From a bacterium (GTDB lineage Bacteria; Zhuqueibacterota; Zhuqueibacteria; Zhuqueibacterales; Zhuqueibacteraceae), in contig JBIOXB010000177.1 in NCBI GenBank assembly GCA_044869275.1, positions 1-60,597 of the forward strand: DNA of 60,597 nt. The letters are read 5' to 3'. The position numbers and the translations under genes are program-made. Of this stretch, positions 11,082 to 21,210 are shown one piece after another (the first letter of the stretch is position 1; each line of letters begins with the position of its first letter). The notes under the pieces were generated by a model. It was not told the origin of the DNA and did no database searches. It was given only the letters and a program-made list of their open reading frames with translations.

Positions 11082-12509
11082 TCAGGGTGACAGCACAAAT
11101 TCCCTGCCGGCGCGCAAAGCTCTGACATTCAGCTCGGCGATGTCTTTGCGCGATTTGGCCTTGGCGTTCAAGGCGCTGAGAATCATCTCCTCCGGCAGGA
11201 AACCGGCGCACCCAAGATAGGCGCCCAGCATCACGACGTTGGCCACTTTGCTGCTGCCTAAGCCCTCGGCGATTTCCGTGGCCGGCACCGGCACCAGGCG
11301 CACGTCCTCGCGCAACGCCACGCCGGAAATCAACGAACGATTGTACAGGATCAGGCCGCCCGGCCGCACTTCCTGCTGAAATTTTTCCAAGGAAGGCCGG
11401 TTCATCGCAATCAGCACCTCGGCCTGGGAAACCAGGGGCGATCCGATACGTTTTTCAGAAATAACGACGTGGCAATTTGCCGTGCCGCCGCGCATTTCCG
11501 GACCGTAGCTCGGCAACCAACTGACGTGGCGGCCGGCCCGCATTCCAGCGTCTGCCAGGATGACCCCGGCGAAGAGCACGCCCTGTCCGCCAAAACCCGC
11601 GATTTTCACATGCAGACTGAGGCCGTCCACATTCGGCTGCGTTTCTGCCTCCTCGGTCTCCTCGGCGAGGCCGAGCAGGCTGCGCATCTTGGACGCGTCT
11701 TTGCTCGCCCCATTCGTGGGGAGAATGGCCGCTGCCTTTTCCTTTTTGTCCCGGAACACACCCAGGGGAAATACGGGCAGCATGTTTTCGATGAGCCAGC
11801 GTTTTGCGGCCGGCGGCGTCAAGCCCCAGCCAGTCGGGCAGGTCGATAGCAGCTCGACCAGCGAGAATCCGCGGCCTTCAATTTGATATTGAATCGCCTT
11901 GCGGATGGCTTTGCGCGCCGCCATGACGTTTTTCGCCTCCGTGATGGCCACGCGTTCGAGATAGGCCGGCGCTTCGAGCGTTGACAACAACTCACAGACG
12001 CGCAAAGGATAACCCTCATTGGCGATCGTGCGCCCCAAGGGGGTGGTCGTGGTTTTCATGCCGAGCAGCGTCGTGGGCGCCATCTGCCCGCCGGTCATAC
12101 CGTAGATGGCATTATTGACGAAGATCACGGTCATGTTCTCGCCGCGATTGGCTGCATGCAAAATTTCATTGCCGCCGATCGCGGCCAGATCGCCGTCGCC
12201 CTGGTAACTGATCACGATGCTGTGGGGCAACACCCGCCTTACGCCCGTGGCGGCGGCGGGCGCGCGGCCATGCGCGACCTGCACGTTGCCGCACTTAAAA
12301 TAGTAATAAGCAAACACGGCGCAGCCCACGGGCGAGATGAACACGGTGCGATCTCGAATGCCGAAATCGTCCATGGCCTCGGCGATCAATTTGTGAATCG
12401 TGCCGTGGCCGCAGCCCGGGCAATAATGCGTCGAAGTTTTGTCCGCGCCGGGTTTGCGCGTGAACGTCTCATAGAAAGAATCCGGGCGGTGCAACACCGT
12501 GGCTTCCAT
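11082..12509 (-). CDS. 2-oxoacid:ferredoxin oxidoreductase, fused beta (TPP-binding) and gamma subunit
   Basis: [17 protein letters not shown] and [11 protein letters not shown] (beta); AGFGGQGV and [12 protein letters not shown] (gamma). Confidence 0.92.
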   Translation of the reverse strand: MEATVLHRPDSFYETFTRKPGADKTSTHYCPGCGHGTIHKLIAEAMDDFGIRDRTVFISPVGCAVFAYYYFKCGNVQVAHGRAPAAATGVRRVLPHSIVISYQGDGDLAAIGGNEILHAANRGENMTVIFVNNAIYGMTGGQMAPTTLLGMKTTTTPLGRTIANEGYPLRVCELLSTLEAPAYLERVAITEAKNVMAARKAIRKAIQYQIEGRGFSLVELLSTCPTGWGLTPPAAKRWLIENMLPVFPLGVFRDKKEKAAAILPTNGASKDASKMRSLLGLAEETEEAETQPNVDGLSLHVKIAGFGGQGVLFAGVILADAGMRAGRHVSWLPSYGPEMRGGTANCHVVISEKRIGSPLVSQAEVLIAMNRPSLEKFQQEVRPGGLILYNRSLISGVALREDVRLVPVPATEIAEGLGSSKVANVVMLGAYLGCAGFLPEEMILSALNAKAKSRKDIAELNVRALRAGREFVLSP

Positions 12510-12528
12510 TGTTCTCTCCTCGCTTTTG

Positions 12529-12650
12529 AATCGAGGATCGAGGATTGAAGATCGGAGATAGAAGCTCGGCTCTCAGTGGAATCTTCTATCCTCGACCTTC
12601 CATCTTCGATCTTCTATCTTCGATCTTCCACTCTCAATCTACGCTTCTCA
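12529..12650. repeat. Heptamer-array inverted repeat (GATCGAG / TTCGATC type)
   Basis: gatcgag gattgaa gatcgga gatagaa ... ttctatc ctcgacc ttccatc ttcgatc ttctatc ttcgatc. Confidence 0.8.
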
Positions 12651-12657
12651 AGAAATC

Positions 12658-12867
12658 CTACTGAAACACAACCTCATCTTCCTCCCCCACTTCCACCGCG
12701 GACGCCTGCGCCTGTTGCCGGGTGTGGATCAACAGCAAGCAAGGTCCGCAGTACATTTTTTCGTTTTCCTTGTCGAAGATCAAGGAGTGCGTCGAGCCGC
12801 ACCGGCTGCAGAAGAAATCCAATTCCCATTCATATCCGGCCAGCAATTCTTTTTCAACGGTGGCCAT
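12658..12867 (-). CDS. Small CxxC..CxxC (zinc-ribbon-like) protein
   Basis: RBS AGGAGG; MATVEKELL...CSRC...CGPC with an acidic tail. Confidence 0.6.
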   Translation of the reverse strand: MATVEKELLAGYEWELDFFCSRCGSTHSLIFDKENEKMYCGPCLLLIHTRQQAQASAVEVGEEDEVVFQ

Positions 12868-12886
12868 ATCGACCTCCTGAACAAAA

Positions 12887-13005
12887 GAGGAGCATCTGCG
12901 GGCTTTCAAATGTAATCGTCAATTTGCTGAGACGTCGAGTGAGGTTTACTTCACAAAACTCCTTCATGCTCTGGCATCGTCTCCGCTGCATTGCAGATGC
13001 TCCTC
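12887..13005. repeat. 13-bp perfect inverted repeat enclosing about 93 nt
   Basis: gaggagcatctgc (12887-12899) / gcagatgctcctc (12993-13005). Confidence 0.55.
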
Positions 13006-13034
13006 GTTCTTGTCGGTTGTGGGGAGCGGTCCTT

Positions 13035-14102
13035 TCAGCCCGCTTCCCCTTCCAATTCCTTCCACAAGCGTTCGATTTGGAGAAGCAGCTCTTCCGCGGT
13101 GGGCACCATGCCGCCGGTGCGACCGTAGAACTCAACCAGGGTCCGGCCATTCACCGCCAGCTTCACATCTTCCACCATTTGGCCGGTGCTCAATTCGCAG
13201 ACCAGCAAACCGTAAACGCGTTCGCTCAATTCATCAATCTTTCGGGTTGGAAATGGCCAAAGCGTGATGGGCCGCAATAGTCCGACCGGAATATTGCGCG
13301 CGCGCGCCAAATCCACAGCCGTGCGCAACAGGCGCGCCACGATGCCATATCCCACCACGACGATTTGCGCATTATCCAAACAGTAACCTTCGCACAGGGA
13401 TTCTTCACGGTTCACGGTGGCATATTTTTCTTGCAGATGCTGCACGTGGGCTTCCAATTCTTCCGGTACAAGCTCAATGGAAGTGATGAGATTGTCGCGC
13501 GTCTCCGGCGTTGCGGCAACGGCCCATGCTTTGGGGGGCAGCTCCGCCAACGGTTTCGGAAATTTTACCGGTTCCATCATCTGGCCGATGAAACCGTCGG
13601 CCAGCACCACGACCGGATTGCGGTAACGATCCGCCAGCTCAAACGCGAGCATGGTGAGATCGCACATTTCCTGGGCACTGTTCGGCGCGAGCACGATCAC
13701 ACGATAATTGCCATGGCCGCCGCCCTTGACGACTTGAAAATAATCTCCTTGCTCCGGCGCAATATTGCCGAGCCCCGGGCCGCCGCGCATAATATCGACG
13801 ATGACGGCGGGCAGCTCGGCGCCGGCCATATAAGAAATACCCTCCTGCATCAGCGAGATGCCGGGGCTGGAGGACGCGGTCATCGCACGCACGCCGGCCG
13901 AAGCAGCGCCATACAGCATGTTGATGGAGGCCACTTCACTCTCCGCCTGCAAAAATGTCGCGCCCAATTTCGGAAAATACTCCGCTGCGGCTTCGGCAAT
14001 CTCACTTGCCGGGGTGATGGGATAACCGAAATACGCGCGGCAGCCGGCGAGCAACGCGGCTTTCACCACAGCTTCATTGCCTTTGATGAGTTGTTTTTGC
14101 AT
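13035..14102 (-). CDS. vorB: 2-oxoisovalerate (VOR-type) ferredoxin oxidoreductase alpha subunit
   Basis: [38 protein letters not shown] and GGGHGNY motifs. Confidence 0.9.
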   Translation of the reverse strand: MQKQLIKGNEAVVKAALLAGCRAYFGYPITPASEIAEAAAEYFPKLGATFLQAESEVASINMLYGAASAGVRAMTASSSPGISLMQEGISYMAGAELPAVIVDIMRGGPGLGNIAPEQGDYFQVVKGGGHGNYRVIVLAPNSAQEMCDLTMLAFELADRYRNPVVVLADGFIGQMMEPVKFPKPLAELPPKAWAVAATPETRDNLITSIELVPEELEAHVQHLQEKYATVNREESLCEGYCLDNAQIVVVGYGIVARLLRTAVDLARARNIPVGLLRPITLWPFPTRKIDELSERVYGLLVCELSTGQMVEDVKLAVNGRTLVEFYGRTGGMVPTAEELLLQIERLWKELEGEAG

Positions 14103-14211
14103 GGCTCACTCAAACTCGAAGAAACGCTTGCTGCGTACCCGACATGACTTTCAGCCAAAAGCTCTAGAGGTTCATCCATTGGTCAATCGCAATCATGACC
14201 CTCGTCACCGG

Positions 14212-14502
14212 CTATTTCATCGCGTGATCTTCCTCTCCCGCGAGTTCCATCCGCCTTTTTTCATCCCTCCGCTTGTACACCATAATCGCACCCGGCTCGG
14301 GGCAAATGTAAAAGCATACACCGCAGCCCGTGCACGCCACACCGAGATACTCCGCGGGATGATAACCCATGCGGTTGAGCGCAGCGGAAATTTTCAGCAC
14401 GGACGGCGGACACACTTCCACGCACAAGCCACAGCCCTTGCATTCCTCGGCATCAATCACCACCAGGCCGCGGCTGCCACTTTGCTTTTGCATCTTTTCC
14501 AC
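14212..14502 (-). CDS. 2x[4Fe-4S] ferredoxin (OFOR delta subunit)
   Basis: [12 protein letters not shown] and [15 protein letters not shown] start after GGAGGA. Confidence 0.9.
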   Translation of the reverse strand: MEKMQKQSGSRGLVVIDAEECKGCGLCVEVCPPSVLKISAALNRMGYHPAEYLGVACTGCGVCFYICPEPGAIMVYKRRDEKRRMELAGEEDHAMK

Positions 14503-14563
14503 GATTCTCCTCCGCCAGAAGCTTGCGAAATACTTTGCGCCAAACCGAAGCGACCGCTTCCGG

Positions 14564-16408
14564 TCATTTCACGCCATTCTCAAACCGAATCGTGACCTTG
14601 AAGACCCCGTCATCGAATTTGCGCTCGACCCCGCCGACGCGGTCGAAGGCATATAACATGGCCGTGTTTTCCGGCAGCACGAAGGCCACAAATCCTTCAA
14701 AACCGTTATTTTTGGCAACGCTGGTGAGTTGTTGCAGCAGCAGACGGGCAATGCCCTTGCACCGGTACGCTTCGTGGACGACAAAAGCGATTTCGGGAAA
14801 ATTGGAAGTGGGCGAAGACATGTAACGCCCGATCGCAATAATGCGTTCTTTACCAATTTCGCCGACGACGCCGACGATGGCCATGGCATTCTTGTAATCG
14901 ACATTCACCAGATACTGCGCTTTTTCATGCGGCATGGTTTTGATCATGGCATGATAGCGCATGAAGATGGTTTCCTCGCTGTGTGAGTAGAAAAAGTCCT
15001 GGAGCATGCGCTCGTCGGTCGGTTTGATCGGACGGAAGAGAATCGGCCCAACGTCCTTGAAGGTCTGCATGGTTTCATATTGTTGCGGATAGAGGCGGCC
15101 GATGGTCTCCAACTTCTGATCCGGATAAACGTAATGCCTCGCTTTCATGGCATCCAAAAGCTCGCCACGAAAGTCCGGATGCGCGATATTGATCAGCTCC
15201 AGGGCCCGCTGGCGCACCGACTTCCCGTACAGGAAAGCGATGCCATACTCCGTGACCACGTAATGGACGTCGCCGCGCGAAGTGGTGACGCCCGCACCGC
15301 GCTGCAGTTCAGCCACAATGCGTGAGAGCGTGCCTTTTTGGGCAGTTGAAGGAAGGGCGATGATGGGCTTGCCGCCCGGCGAGCGCGCGGCGCCGCGGAT
15401 GAAATCGACCTGGCCGCCGATGCCGCTAAAAAAGCGTGGGCCCAGAGAATCCGCGCACACCTGGCCGGTCAAATCCACCTGCAAAGCGGAATTGATCGCG
15501 ACCATGTGATGGTTGCGGCTGATAATGAAAGGATCGTTGGTGTATTGCGACGGGTGAAACTCAATCCCCGGATTATCGTGGACGAAATCATACAGCAGCC
15601 TCGATCCCATGACGAAGCTCGCCACGATCTTGTTGTTGTGCAGGGTTTTTCTCTTTCCGTTGATCACGCCTTTTTTCACCAGTGGCACGACGCCGTCGGA
15701 AAACATTTCCGTGTGAATGCCTAGATCGTTTTTGTCGCCGAGCAACTTGAGCACGGCGTTCGGAATACCGCCGATGCCCATCTGCAACGTGGCGCCGTCG
15801 GAAATCAATCGGGCGATGTGCGCGCCGATTTGGAGCGCAACCGCGTCGGGCTCTTCCAGTTTGAGCTCGAGGATCGGCTCCTCATGTTCCAACAAATAGT
15901 GAATCTGGCTCAAATGCAGCAAACTGTCCCCCAAAGTTCTCGGCATGCACGGATTGACCTGTGCCACCACGGCGCGCGCCACGGCCGCGGCTGATTTCAC
16001 CACATCCACGCTCACGCCCAGGCTGCAATAACCGTGCACGTCCGGCGGTGAAACTTGAATGAGGGCGAGATCGACCGGCATGAGTCTGTTTTCGAACAAA
16101 CCCGGCAGTTCGGAGAGAAAAATGGGCGTGTAGTCCGCCTCGCCCTTGGCCACCGCGTCCCGGACGTTTGGCCCGATGAAGAAGGCATTGTGCCGGAAAT
16201 GATGTGCGTATTGCGGCTGCACGTATTCAGAGCGACCGGCGGTTAAAAGATGTAATATTTCGGCATCGGCAAAATATGAGGCGCTGTGCACGAGCTGCCG
16301 CACCAGTTCTTGCGGTTCCGCGCATCCCGAGCCGATAAAGATGCGGCTACTGCGCGGCGTATGAGCCAGAATTTCAGACAACGATGAAATTGTTCTTGGA
16401 GCATGCAT
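14564..16408 (-). CDS. Acetyl-CoA hydrolase/CoA-transferase fused to a C-terminal GNAT domain
   Basis: [20 protein letters not shown] and [13 protein letters not shown]-terminal [20 protein letters not shown] motif. Confidence 0.9.
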   Translation of the reverse strand: MHAPRTISSLSEILAHTPRSSRIFIGSGCAEPQELVRQLVHSASYFADAEILHLLTAGRSEYVQPQYAHHFRHNAFFIGPNVRDAVAKGEADYTPIFLSELPGLFENRLMPVDLALIQVSPPDVHGYCSLGVSVDVVKSAAAVARAVVAQVNPCMPRTLGDSLLHLSQIHYLLEHEEPILELKLEEPDAVALQIGAHIARLISDGATLQMGIGGIPNAVLKLLGDKNDLGIHTEMFSDGVVPLVKKGVINGKRKTLHNNKIVASFVMGSRLLYDFVHDNPGIEFHPSQYTNDPFIISRNHHMVAINSALQVDLTGQVCADSLGPRFFSGIGGQVDFIRGAARSPGGKPIIALPSTAQKGTLSRIVAELQRGAGVTTSRGDVHYVVTEYGIAFLYGKSVRQRALELINIAHPDFRGELLDAMKARHYVYPDQKLETIGRLYPQQYETMQTFKDVGPILFRPIKPTDERMLQDFFYSHSEETIFMRYHAMIKTMPHEKAQYLVNVDYKNAMAIVGVVGEIGKERIIAIGRYMSSPTSNFPEIAFVVHEAYRCKGIARLLLQQLTSVAKNNGFEGFVAFVLPENTAMLYAFDRVGGVERKFDDGVFKVTIRFENGVK

Positions 16409-16433
16409 GGAGACAATCCACAAGGAGGAGTAA

Positions 16434-16491
16434 TTTACGCCTCACGTTTCACGCATTAGACTCGTCGGTTGTAAAACGTAATGCGTTAGAT
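16434..16491. repeat. Short heptamer-array inverted repeat (TTCACGC type)
   Basis: tttacgc ctcacgt ttcacgc attagac ... gtaaaac gtaatgc gttagat. Confidence 0.5.
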
Positions 16492-16529
16492 AACTTTCGC
16501 TGTTGCCAGAGCGTTAATTCGAAATGAAC

Positions 16530-17447
16530 TCAGACCAACGATTTCCCAAATGCCCGCACGCTAAACACGGGACAGGGCGCACGGCGAACAACTTTTTCAG
16601 CGACGCTGCCGAGCAGCATATGTTCGATTCCCGTTCTGCCATGCGTTGCAATCACGATGAAGTCGCTATGGAAATTCTCTGCAAAATGGACGATATCGCG
16701 CGCCGCATAGCCTTCGATGACGTGCAGGCTGGCCGCGACTTCCGGGCCCTTTGCTGCTTTGAGTATTCTTTTCATCTCTTGCTCAGCGCTGGCTTTGAGC
16801 TCGGGCTTGAACATGATGAGGGATGGGCCGGTGGCCATGTAACATTCCGGCGCAATGACTTGTTCGACGACATGCAGCAATTGCAGCCGCGCGTGATAAA
16901 AAGCCGCGAGCTCTTTGGCATACCCCAACGCTGCTTGTGCATATTCGGAAAAATCCACCGGCGTCAAAATGCACTTCATGCTCTCCACCGGCATCGGCTC
17001 CTGGCGCTCGCGAATGGTTAACACCGGGCACGGCGCTAAACGCACGACTTCCTCAGCCACGCTGCCAAGGAACAAATGCCCCAACCCCCGCCGGCCATGG
17101 GTGCCCATCACAATGAGATCGGCGTCGTTGTCTTTCGCATATGCTAAAATCGCCGGCGCCGTGGAAATGCCCCGAATTTGTGCCTGCTTGATCTGGATGC
17201 GATCGGCTTGCAGGGCTTTGATGGTGGCGGACAATTGGCTCTTCGCGACATTCTTCAATTGCTCTTGCATCTGGCGCGCATTCGGCAGCGCCTCCGGATT
17301 GTTTTGCCACTGCCCCACGGCATCCACTGCATGCACAACATGCAGTTCGGCGCCATATTCTTCGGCCCAATGGACGGCGTGAAGCAGGGCTTGCTGGGCG
17401 CAGCGCGAAAAATCCGTCGGGAACAAAATTCTCCGGATCTTCATCAT
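16530..17447 (-). CDS. Universal stress protein (tandem Usp domains)
   Basis: Two copies of IL.P.DFS ... GTHGR.G ..LGSVAE.VVR.APCPV. Confidence 0.93.
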   Translation of the reverse strand: MMKIRRILFPTDFSRCAQQALLHAVHWAEEYGAELHVVHAVDAVGQWQNNPEALPNARQMQEQLKNVAKSQLSATIKALQADRIQIKQAQIRGISTAPAILAYAKDNDADLIVMGTHGRRGLGHLFLGSVAEEVVRLAPCPVLTIRERQEPMPVESMKCILTPVDFSEYAQAALGYAKELAAFYHARLQLLHVVEQVIAPECYMATGPSLIMFKPELKASAEQEMKRILKAAKGPEVAASLHVIEGYAARDIVHFAENFHSDFIVIATHGRTGIEHMLLGSVAEKVVRRAPCPVFSVRAFGKSLV

Positions 17448-17458
17448 CTCACACCTCC

Positions 17459-17836
17459 TTATCTCGATTCCAAAGCCCGGCGCGCGGAGTCGAAAATCTC
17501 CTGGCGTTTCAGCGGCTTTTTCAGATAGTCAAATGCACCCGCGGCCATAGTCTCGCCAGTATTCGCGTCATCCCCACTGGCGGTGACGACGATGACTTTC
17601 GAGGCCGGGCTTTTTGCTTTGATATCTCGCAGCAAGTCAATGCCGGATCTACCCGGCATTTTCAAATCCAAAACGATGAGCGGATACTCCTCCCTATTCA
17701 GCAAGAGCGCGGCCTGATAGCCAGTGGAGGCGTTGCTGACTTGAAAGCCGGCCTTTCGAAAGATCTTGGTCAACGAGCGTCGAAACTCGCGATCGTCGTC
17801 GATGATAAGTATATGTAGATCGTTTCCTGCGGGCAC
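17459..17836 (-). CDS. Single-domain response regulator (REC)
   Basis: ILIIDDD, LDLKMPG and YLKKP; GTG start after AGGAGG. Confidence 0.9.
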   Translation of the reverse strand: MPAGNDLHILIIDDDREFRRSLTKIFRKAGFQVSNASTGYQAALLLNREEYPLIVLDLKMPGRSGIDLLRDIKAKSPASKVIVVTASGDDANTGETMAAGAFDYLKKPLKRQEIFDSARRALESR

Positions 17837-17872
17837 GCTTTGGCCTCCTAAACAAGTTCCGCCATGGGTGAT

Positions 17873-17888
17873 TCCAAAAAACGCGCCA
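17873..17888 (-). promoter_or_regulatory. Possible sigma54 (-24/-12) promoter, imperfect
   Basis: Minus strand TGGCGCG-TTTT-TTGGA versus consensus TGGCACG-N4-TTGCW; upstream of the REC-usp...hydrogenase run. Confidence 0.35.
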
Positions 17889-18030
17889 CAAATAAAAAAG
17901 CCGTTGGCTCCGAGCCAAACGGCTGTAAAAAAAGACGATGTGGGTTCACGGCCGAGTCAGAAAATCACCAAATCAAGCTGCCCTTTTCTTAGAGTCGGTA
18001 ATCTCAACGCTGCAATTCTTGTTTTTGAGA

Positions 18031-18143
18031 AGAGCAGAAAGCAAGCAGCAAAAGGCAAAGAGCAAAAAGAAAAGAGCGAAGAGCAGAGCTTCTTGCTTTT
18101 TGCTCTTTTCTTTTTGCTTTTTTCTTTTTGTTTTTGCCTTCTA
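18031..18143. repeat. Heptamer-array inverted repeat (AGAGCAA / TTGCTCT type)
   Basis: agagcag aaagcaa gcagcaa aaggcaa agagcaa aaagaaa agagcga agagcag | cttcttg ctttttg ctctttt ctttttg...; abuts the regulator stop codon. Confidence 0.8.
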
Positions 18144-19499
18144 CTCCTTGCTCGGAATACCCAGTTCCGTCATCTTGCGATAGAGTGTGGACAAGCTCAT
18201 GCTCAACATGGCAGCCGCTTTGCTTTTGTCTTGACCGGCTTGCTGCAAAGCCTTGAGAATGGTCTCCCGCTCGAATTTTCGCACCGACCCTTTCAAGCCT
18301 TCTTCCGATTCCTGCATAGAGGTCCGGTGCGCGAGCATCGGCGGAAAGTGCTCGAATCGCAATACCTCCCCATCGCACATGATCATGGCACGTTCGAGGG
18401 CGTTTTCCAGCTCGCGCACATTGCCTTTCCATTCATGGCTTTTGAGCGCCTCCAGCATAGCCGGGTCCACCTCCCGGATGTGCTTGGTCAATTGCGCATT
18501 ATAGATTCTAATGAAATGACTCGTCAGCGCCGGGATGTCCTCTGATCGATCTCTCAAGGGAGGCGAATTGATGCCGACCACATTCAAACGGTAATAGAGA
18601 TCCTCGCGAAATCTGCCCTGGGCTGATTCTTCCGCCAAGTCCTTGTTGGTCGCCGCAATAATGCGCACGTCGATGATCTCGGGCGAAGTGCTGCCGACCG
18701 GCAAAATCTCCTTTTGTTCGATCGCCCGCAACAGCTTGGCCTGCAAATTCAACGGTACGCTGGAGATTTCATCGAGAAAAAGTGTGCCTCCTTCGGCCAC
18801 TTTAAACAGGCCCTGTTTATCGCGCATGGCGCCGGTAAAGGCGCCTTTCACATGGCCGAAAAGCTCACTTTCAATCAGATTTTCAGGTATGGCCGCGGTA
18901 TTGACCGGAATGAACCTGTTTTTGGCGCGCGGGCTTTTGCGATGAATCGCGCGTGCAATCAGCTCTTTACCGGTGCCGCTTTCGCCGGTAATCAATACGT
19001 TGGAAACCAAAGGCGCCACCCGCTCGACCATTTGCAATACGACGGTCATCGCCTGGCTTTTGCCGATCATTTCATCGAAAAATCCGTCTTTCCCCAATTG
19101 GGCTTTCAAATACTTGTTCTCTTGCGCCAGATTTTGGCGCTCGAAGGCTCTTTCGACGGTGCTGAGAATGACGGCCTTTTTCGGCGGCTTGGCGATGAAA
19201 TCATAGGCTCCTTCTTTTATAGCTTCCACCGCGATTTCAATGGTGCCATATCCGGTCAGCAAAATCACTTCGGTATCCGGGAATTTTTTCTTGAGGTTCT
19301 TGAGCAGGGAAATACCGTCGCCATCCGGCATGCGCAAATCCGTCAAAACCAAATCCGCCGCATTCTCGGACATCAACGCGAGCGCTTCCTCGCCCGAGCT
19401 CGCGGTGCGGGTCAAATATCCGGCGCGCTTCAAGACTTTGTCCAAAGACTCCCGTACGCTTTCTTCATCATCCACGATTAAAATGGATTTTTCTTGCAT
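18141..19499 (-). CDS. Sigma54-dependent response regulator (REC-AAA+-Fis HTH, NtrC/AtoC type)
   Basis: ILIVDDE, GESGTGKE, GHVKGAFTGA, LFLDEI, FREDLYYRL, WKGNVREL and a C-terminal HTH. Confidence 0.95.
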   Translation of the reverse strand: MQEKSILIVDDEESVRESLDKVLKRAGYLTRTASSGEEALALMSENAADLVLTDLRMPDGDGISLLKNLKKKFPDTEVILLTGYGTIEIAVEAIKEGAYDFIAKPPKKAVILSTVERAFERQNLAQENKYLKAQLGKDGFFDEMIGKSQAMTVVLQMVERVAPLVSNVLITGESGTGKELIARAIHRKSPRAKNRFIPVNTAAIPENLIESELFGHVKGAFTGAMRDKQGLFKVAEGGTLFLDEISSVPLNLQAKLLRAIEQKEILPVGSTSPEIIDVRIIAATNKDLAEESAQGRFREDLYYRLNVVGINSPPLRDRSEDIPALTSHFIRIYNAQLTKHIREVDPAMLEALKSHEWKGNVRELENALERAMIMCDGEVLRFEHFPPMLAHRTSMQESEEGLKGSVRKFERETILKALQQAGQDKSKAAAMLSMSLSTLYRKMTELGIPSKE

Positions 19500-19508
19500 G
19501 CCTTTTCC

Positions 19509-20669
19509 TCACTTCGCTTCGTCTATGGGAAGTACGATGGAGAAAGTCGTTCCCTGTCCTGCTTTGCTCGTGCAGGAGATTTGCCCGCCGTGGTCATGGA
19601 TGATTTGTTGTACCAGTGCGAGACCCAGGCCGGTGCCGACTTCCTTGGTGGTGAAAAACGGCTCGAAAATTCTGCCCATCACCTCTTCTGGAATGCCGAT
19701 GCCATTGTCCTCGATTTGAATGATGGCTTCCTGTCCCTTTTTCTCAGCGCGAAGGCTGAGCTTGCCGCCGCGCGGCATCGCCTCGGCGGCGTTGCGGATA
19801 AGATTCAATAGCGCACGCCGTATTTGCACGCGATCAAATCGCATCTCATCCAGGGCCTCGGACACGAAGCTCTCGACGGCGATGCGTTTCTGCCGCAATT
19901 CATGGCGCACAAAATCAACCGTCTCTTCCAGCGTATGCGCGAGATGGGCGCGCGCGAGCCGGGATTCGGGCAGCCGCGAAAATTGCAGATATTCTTCGGT
20001 CAACGCCGTCATGCGATCGATCTCCGAGATGATCGCCCGCAACAGCGTTTTCGCTTCGTCGGTATTGACGCACTCATACCCGCTGACCTCGTCCTGCAAC
20101 AACTCCGCATTCAAGCTGATGGAGGAAAGCGGATTTCTGATTTCATGCGCCACCTTCGCCGCCATTCTGCCAATCGTCGCCAGACCCTCGGCCTGCGACA
20201 CCTGCTTTTCCAGCATCTTCCGTTCTGTCAGGTCGTGCACGATACCGGTGAACAACCTGCGCGGTCCCAAGTGGACTTCGCTGACGGACAGGTGCATGGG
20301 GAAAGTGCTGCCATCTTTGCGCTGCCCCACCACTTCACGACCGATGCCGATGATTCTTTTCTCACCCGTCTTCAGATAATTCATCAAATAACCGTCGTGC
20401 GCCTCGCGATAGAGCGGGGGCATGAGCATCTTGATATTCTGCCCGATCACTTCATGCTTCGCATAACCGAACATGCGTTCCGAAGCCGGATTGAACGATT
20501 CGACAATGCCGCGCTCGTCTATGGTAATGATGCCGTCGACTGCGGTTTCCAGAATTCCGCGTAGTCTGGCTTCCCCTTCTTGCACGGTTGCTTCCGCATG
20601 CTCGCGCATGGAGAAGGGTTGCGCGGCGGAGGAGGCCGGTGCGGCGTCGCCATGTGGATTGTTCATCAT
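19509..20669 (-). CDS. Cytoplasmic FixL-like heme-PAS sensor histidine kinase
   Basis: PAS with HDGYLMNYLKTGEKRIIGIGREVVGQRKDGSTFPMHLSV; AHEIRNPL H-box; N, G1, F and G2 boxes. Confidence 0.9.
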   Translation of the reverse strand: MMNNPHGDAAPASSAAQPFSMREHAEATVQEGEARLRGILETAVDGIITIDERGIVESFNPASERMFGYAKHEVIGQNIKMLMPPLYREAHDGYLMNYLKTGEKRIIGIGREVVGQRKDGSTFPMHLSVSEVHLGPRRLFTGIVHDLTERKMLEKQVSQAEGLATIGRMAAKVAHEIRNPLSSISLNAELLQDEVSGYECVNTDEAKTLLRAIISEIDRMTALTEEYLQFSRLPESRLARAHLAHTLEETVDFVRHELRQKRIAVESFVSEALDEMRFDRVQIRRALLNLIRNAAEAMPRGGKLSLRAEKKGQEAIIQIEDNGIGIPEEVMGRIFEPFFTTKEVGTGLGLALVQQIIHDHGGQISCTSKAGQGTTFSIVLPIDEAK

Positions 20670-20712
20670 TCTTGCTTCAAGTTCGAAATCTCGTGATCGG
20701 TGCGTGAATAGT

Positions 20713-20728
20713 ATCAAAACTCGTGCCG
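20713..20728 (-). promoter_or_regulatory. Possible sigma54-like promoter upstream of the kinase, imperfect
   Basis: Minus strand CGGCACG-AGTT-TTGAT. Confidence 0.25.
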
Positions 20729-20820
20729 AAAAGTCAAGGGCAATTTTCGGGTTTGCGCTTCCTTCTGCTTTTATCACTTGCATTCGCTTTCATAGAACGA
20801 TCAATGTAAAAGCGCACCGT

Positions 20821-21195
20821 TCAGGCAGCGCTGCCGAACGTGCCGGACCGCACCTCTTCCCGCAACGAATCGATATCCCAGCCGGCATCACGCTCGAGAT
20901 CGGATTTGGCATCGTCAGCCGCGATCAACGCTTCCAACTCGGCGATCCTTTGGCGTGCGACGTTGATATAGGATTTATGGTCGGGATAGTGTTGCGCGTG
21001 CTCGGCGCCGGCGGCGTGGTGAGCACTCGCGGGGGCGAGCAACGGAAAGATCGCCAGCATCGGAATGACCGCGATATCTTGGAAGAGGAGCACCGCGAAG
21101 GAGCTTTGGCCCGCAGCGGTTTTCATTTCAGCGCAAACACGGCCTCCTCCAAGTGCAGGTTCTATTTCGAGTGCGCATGCGTCTCCCCCCAGCAT
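20821..21195 (-). pseudogene. Internally deleted KefB/KefC (CPA2) potassium-efflux antiporter remnant
   Basis: MKTAAGQSSFAVLLFQDIAVIPMLAIFPLLA (CPA2 membrane motif) is joined directly to a C-terminal-like tail YINVARQRI...DAGWD; 124 aa versus about 600 expected. Confidence 0.7.
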
Positions 21196-21210
21196 AACCG
21201 GACAACGGCA

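Noticed and set aside
12576..13280. Low-complexity ORFs over repeat arrays (also 17766-18545, 30310-30558, 31231-31601)
   Set aside because: Translations of the heptamer/octamer arrays rather than plausible proteins.
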